From Felis catus (Eukaryota): a stretch of 64,000 nt of DNA. Location: NCBI RefSeq assembly GCF_018350175.1, contig NC_058368.1, positions 148,864,001 through 148,928,000 of the forward strand, written 5' to 3'. Below, one piece after another: positions 63,345 through 64,000 of the stretch (position 1 is the first letter of the stretch; each line of letters opens with the position of its first letter). The notes under the pieces were generated by a model. The model made no database searches, was not told the DNA's origin, and worked only from the letters and a program-made list of their open reading frames with translations. The translations under genes and the position numbers were made by a program.

Positions 63345-64000
63345 CCCCAACATCACTCATCAGCAAGAAAATACAAACCAAAACCACAATGAGATACCAC
63401 CTCACACCTGTCAGAATGGCTAACATGAACAACTCAGGAAACAACAAATGTTGGCGAGGATGTGGAGAAAGGGGAACACGTTGGTAGTATTGGTGGGAAT
63501 ATAAACTGGTATAGCCACTCTGGAAAACAGAATGGAGATTCCTCAAAAAGTTAAAAATAGAACCACCCTACGATCCAGCAATTGCACTACTAGGTATTTA
63601 TACAAAGGATACAAAAATGCTGATTCAAAGGGGGCACATGCACCCCAATATTTATCAGCCATCAAAAAGAATAAAACCTTGCCGTTTGCAACAATGTGGA
63701 TGGAACTAGATTGTATTATGCTAAGCAAAATAAGTCAGTCAGAGAAAGACAAATATGTGATTTCACTCATGTGGAATTTAAGAAACAAAACAGGTGAACA
63801 TAGGGGAAAGGGAAGGAAAACTAAAACAAGATAAAAAACAGAGAGGGAAGAAAGCCATAAAAGACTCTTAAATACAGCGAACAAACTGAGGGTTACTGGA
63901 GGGAAGGTGGGTGGGGGTAGGGGCTAAATGGCGATGGGCATTAGGGAGGACACTTGTGATGAGCACTGGGTGTTATATGTAAGTGGTGAATCACTAAATT
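63345..64000 (+). mobile_element. Felid L1 3' end, running off the window
   Basis: aaaaccacaatgagataccacctcacacctgtcagaatggc; 3'UTR homologous to 44130-44300. Confidence 0.95.

Overview
Eukaryotic, AT-rich, repeat-dense mammalian DNA from a cat-family (felid/feliform) genome, judged from about 33 feline-type Can-SINEs (SINEC_Fc-like) and felid-type L1 3' ends. It reads as a large intron or intergenic region. No recognisable host protein-coding gene, RNA gene or CRISPR array is present. The only real protein homologies in the ORF track are decayed LINE-1 ORF1p/ORF2p. The rest is layered transposon fossils (Can-SINE, young and old L1, L2, MIR, MaLR/ERVL/ERV1 solo LTRs, hAT MITEs), microsatellites and short local duplications. 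The most notable structures are: a 3 kb TSD-bounded L1 nested in an older L1 and carrying two young SINEs; a twin-priming-type inverted L1; a head-to-head SINE fusion; a 5'-intact but 3'-amputated L1 joined to a second L1 5'UTR; a 164-bp tandem duplication; and three small minus-strand candidate exons with compatible phases (speculative). I found no convincing new biological system. Repeat subfamily names are from recalled consensus similarity, not database searches, and boundaries without TSDs are approximate.
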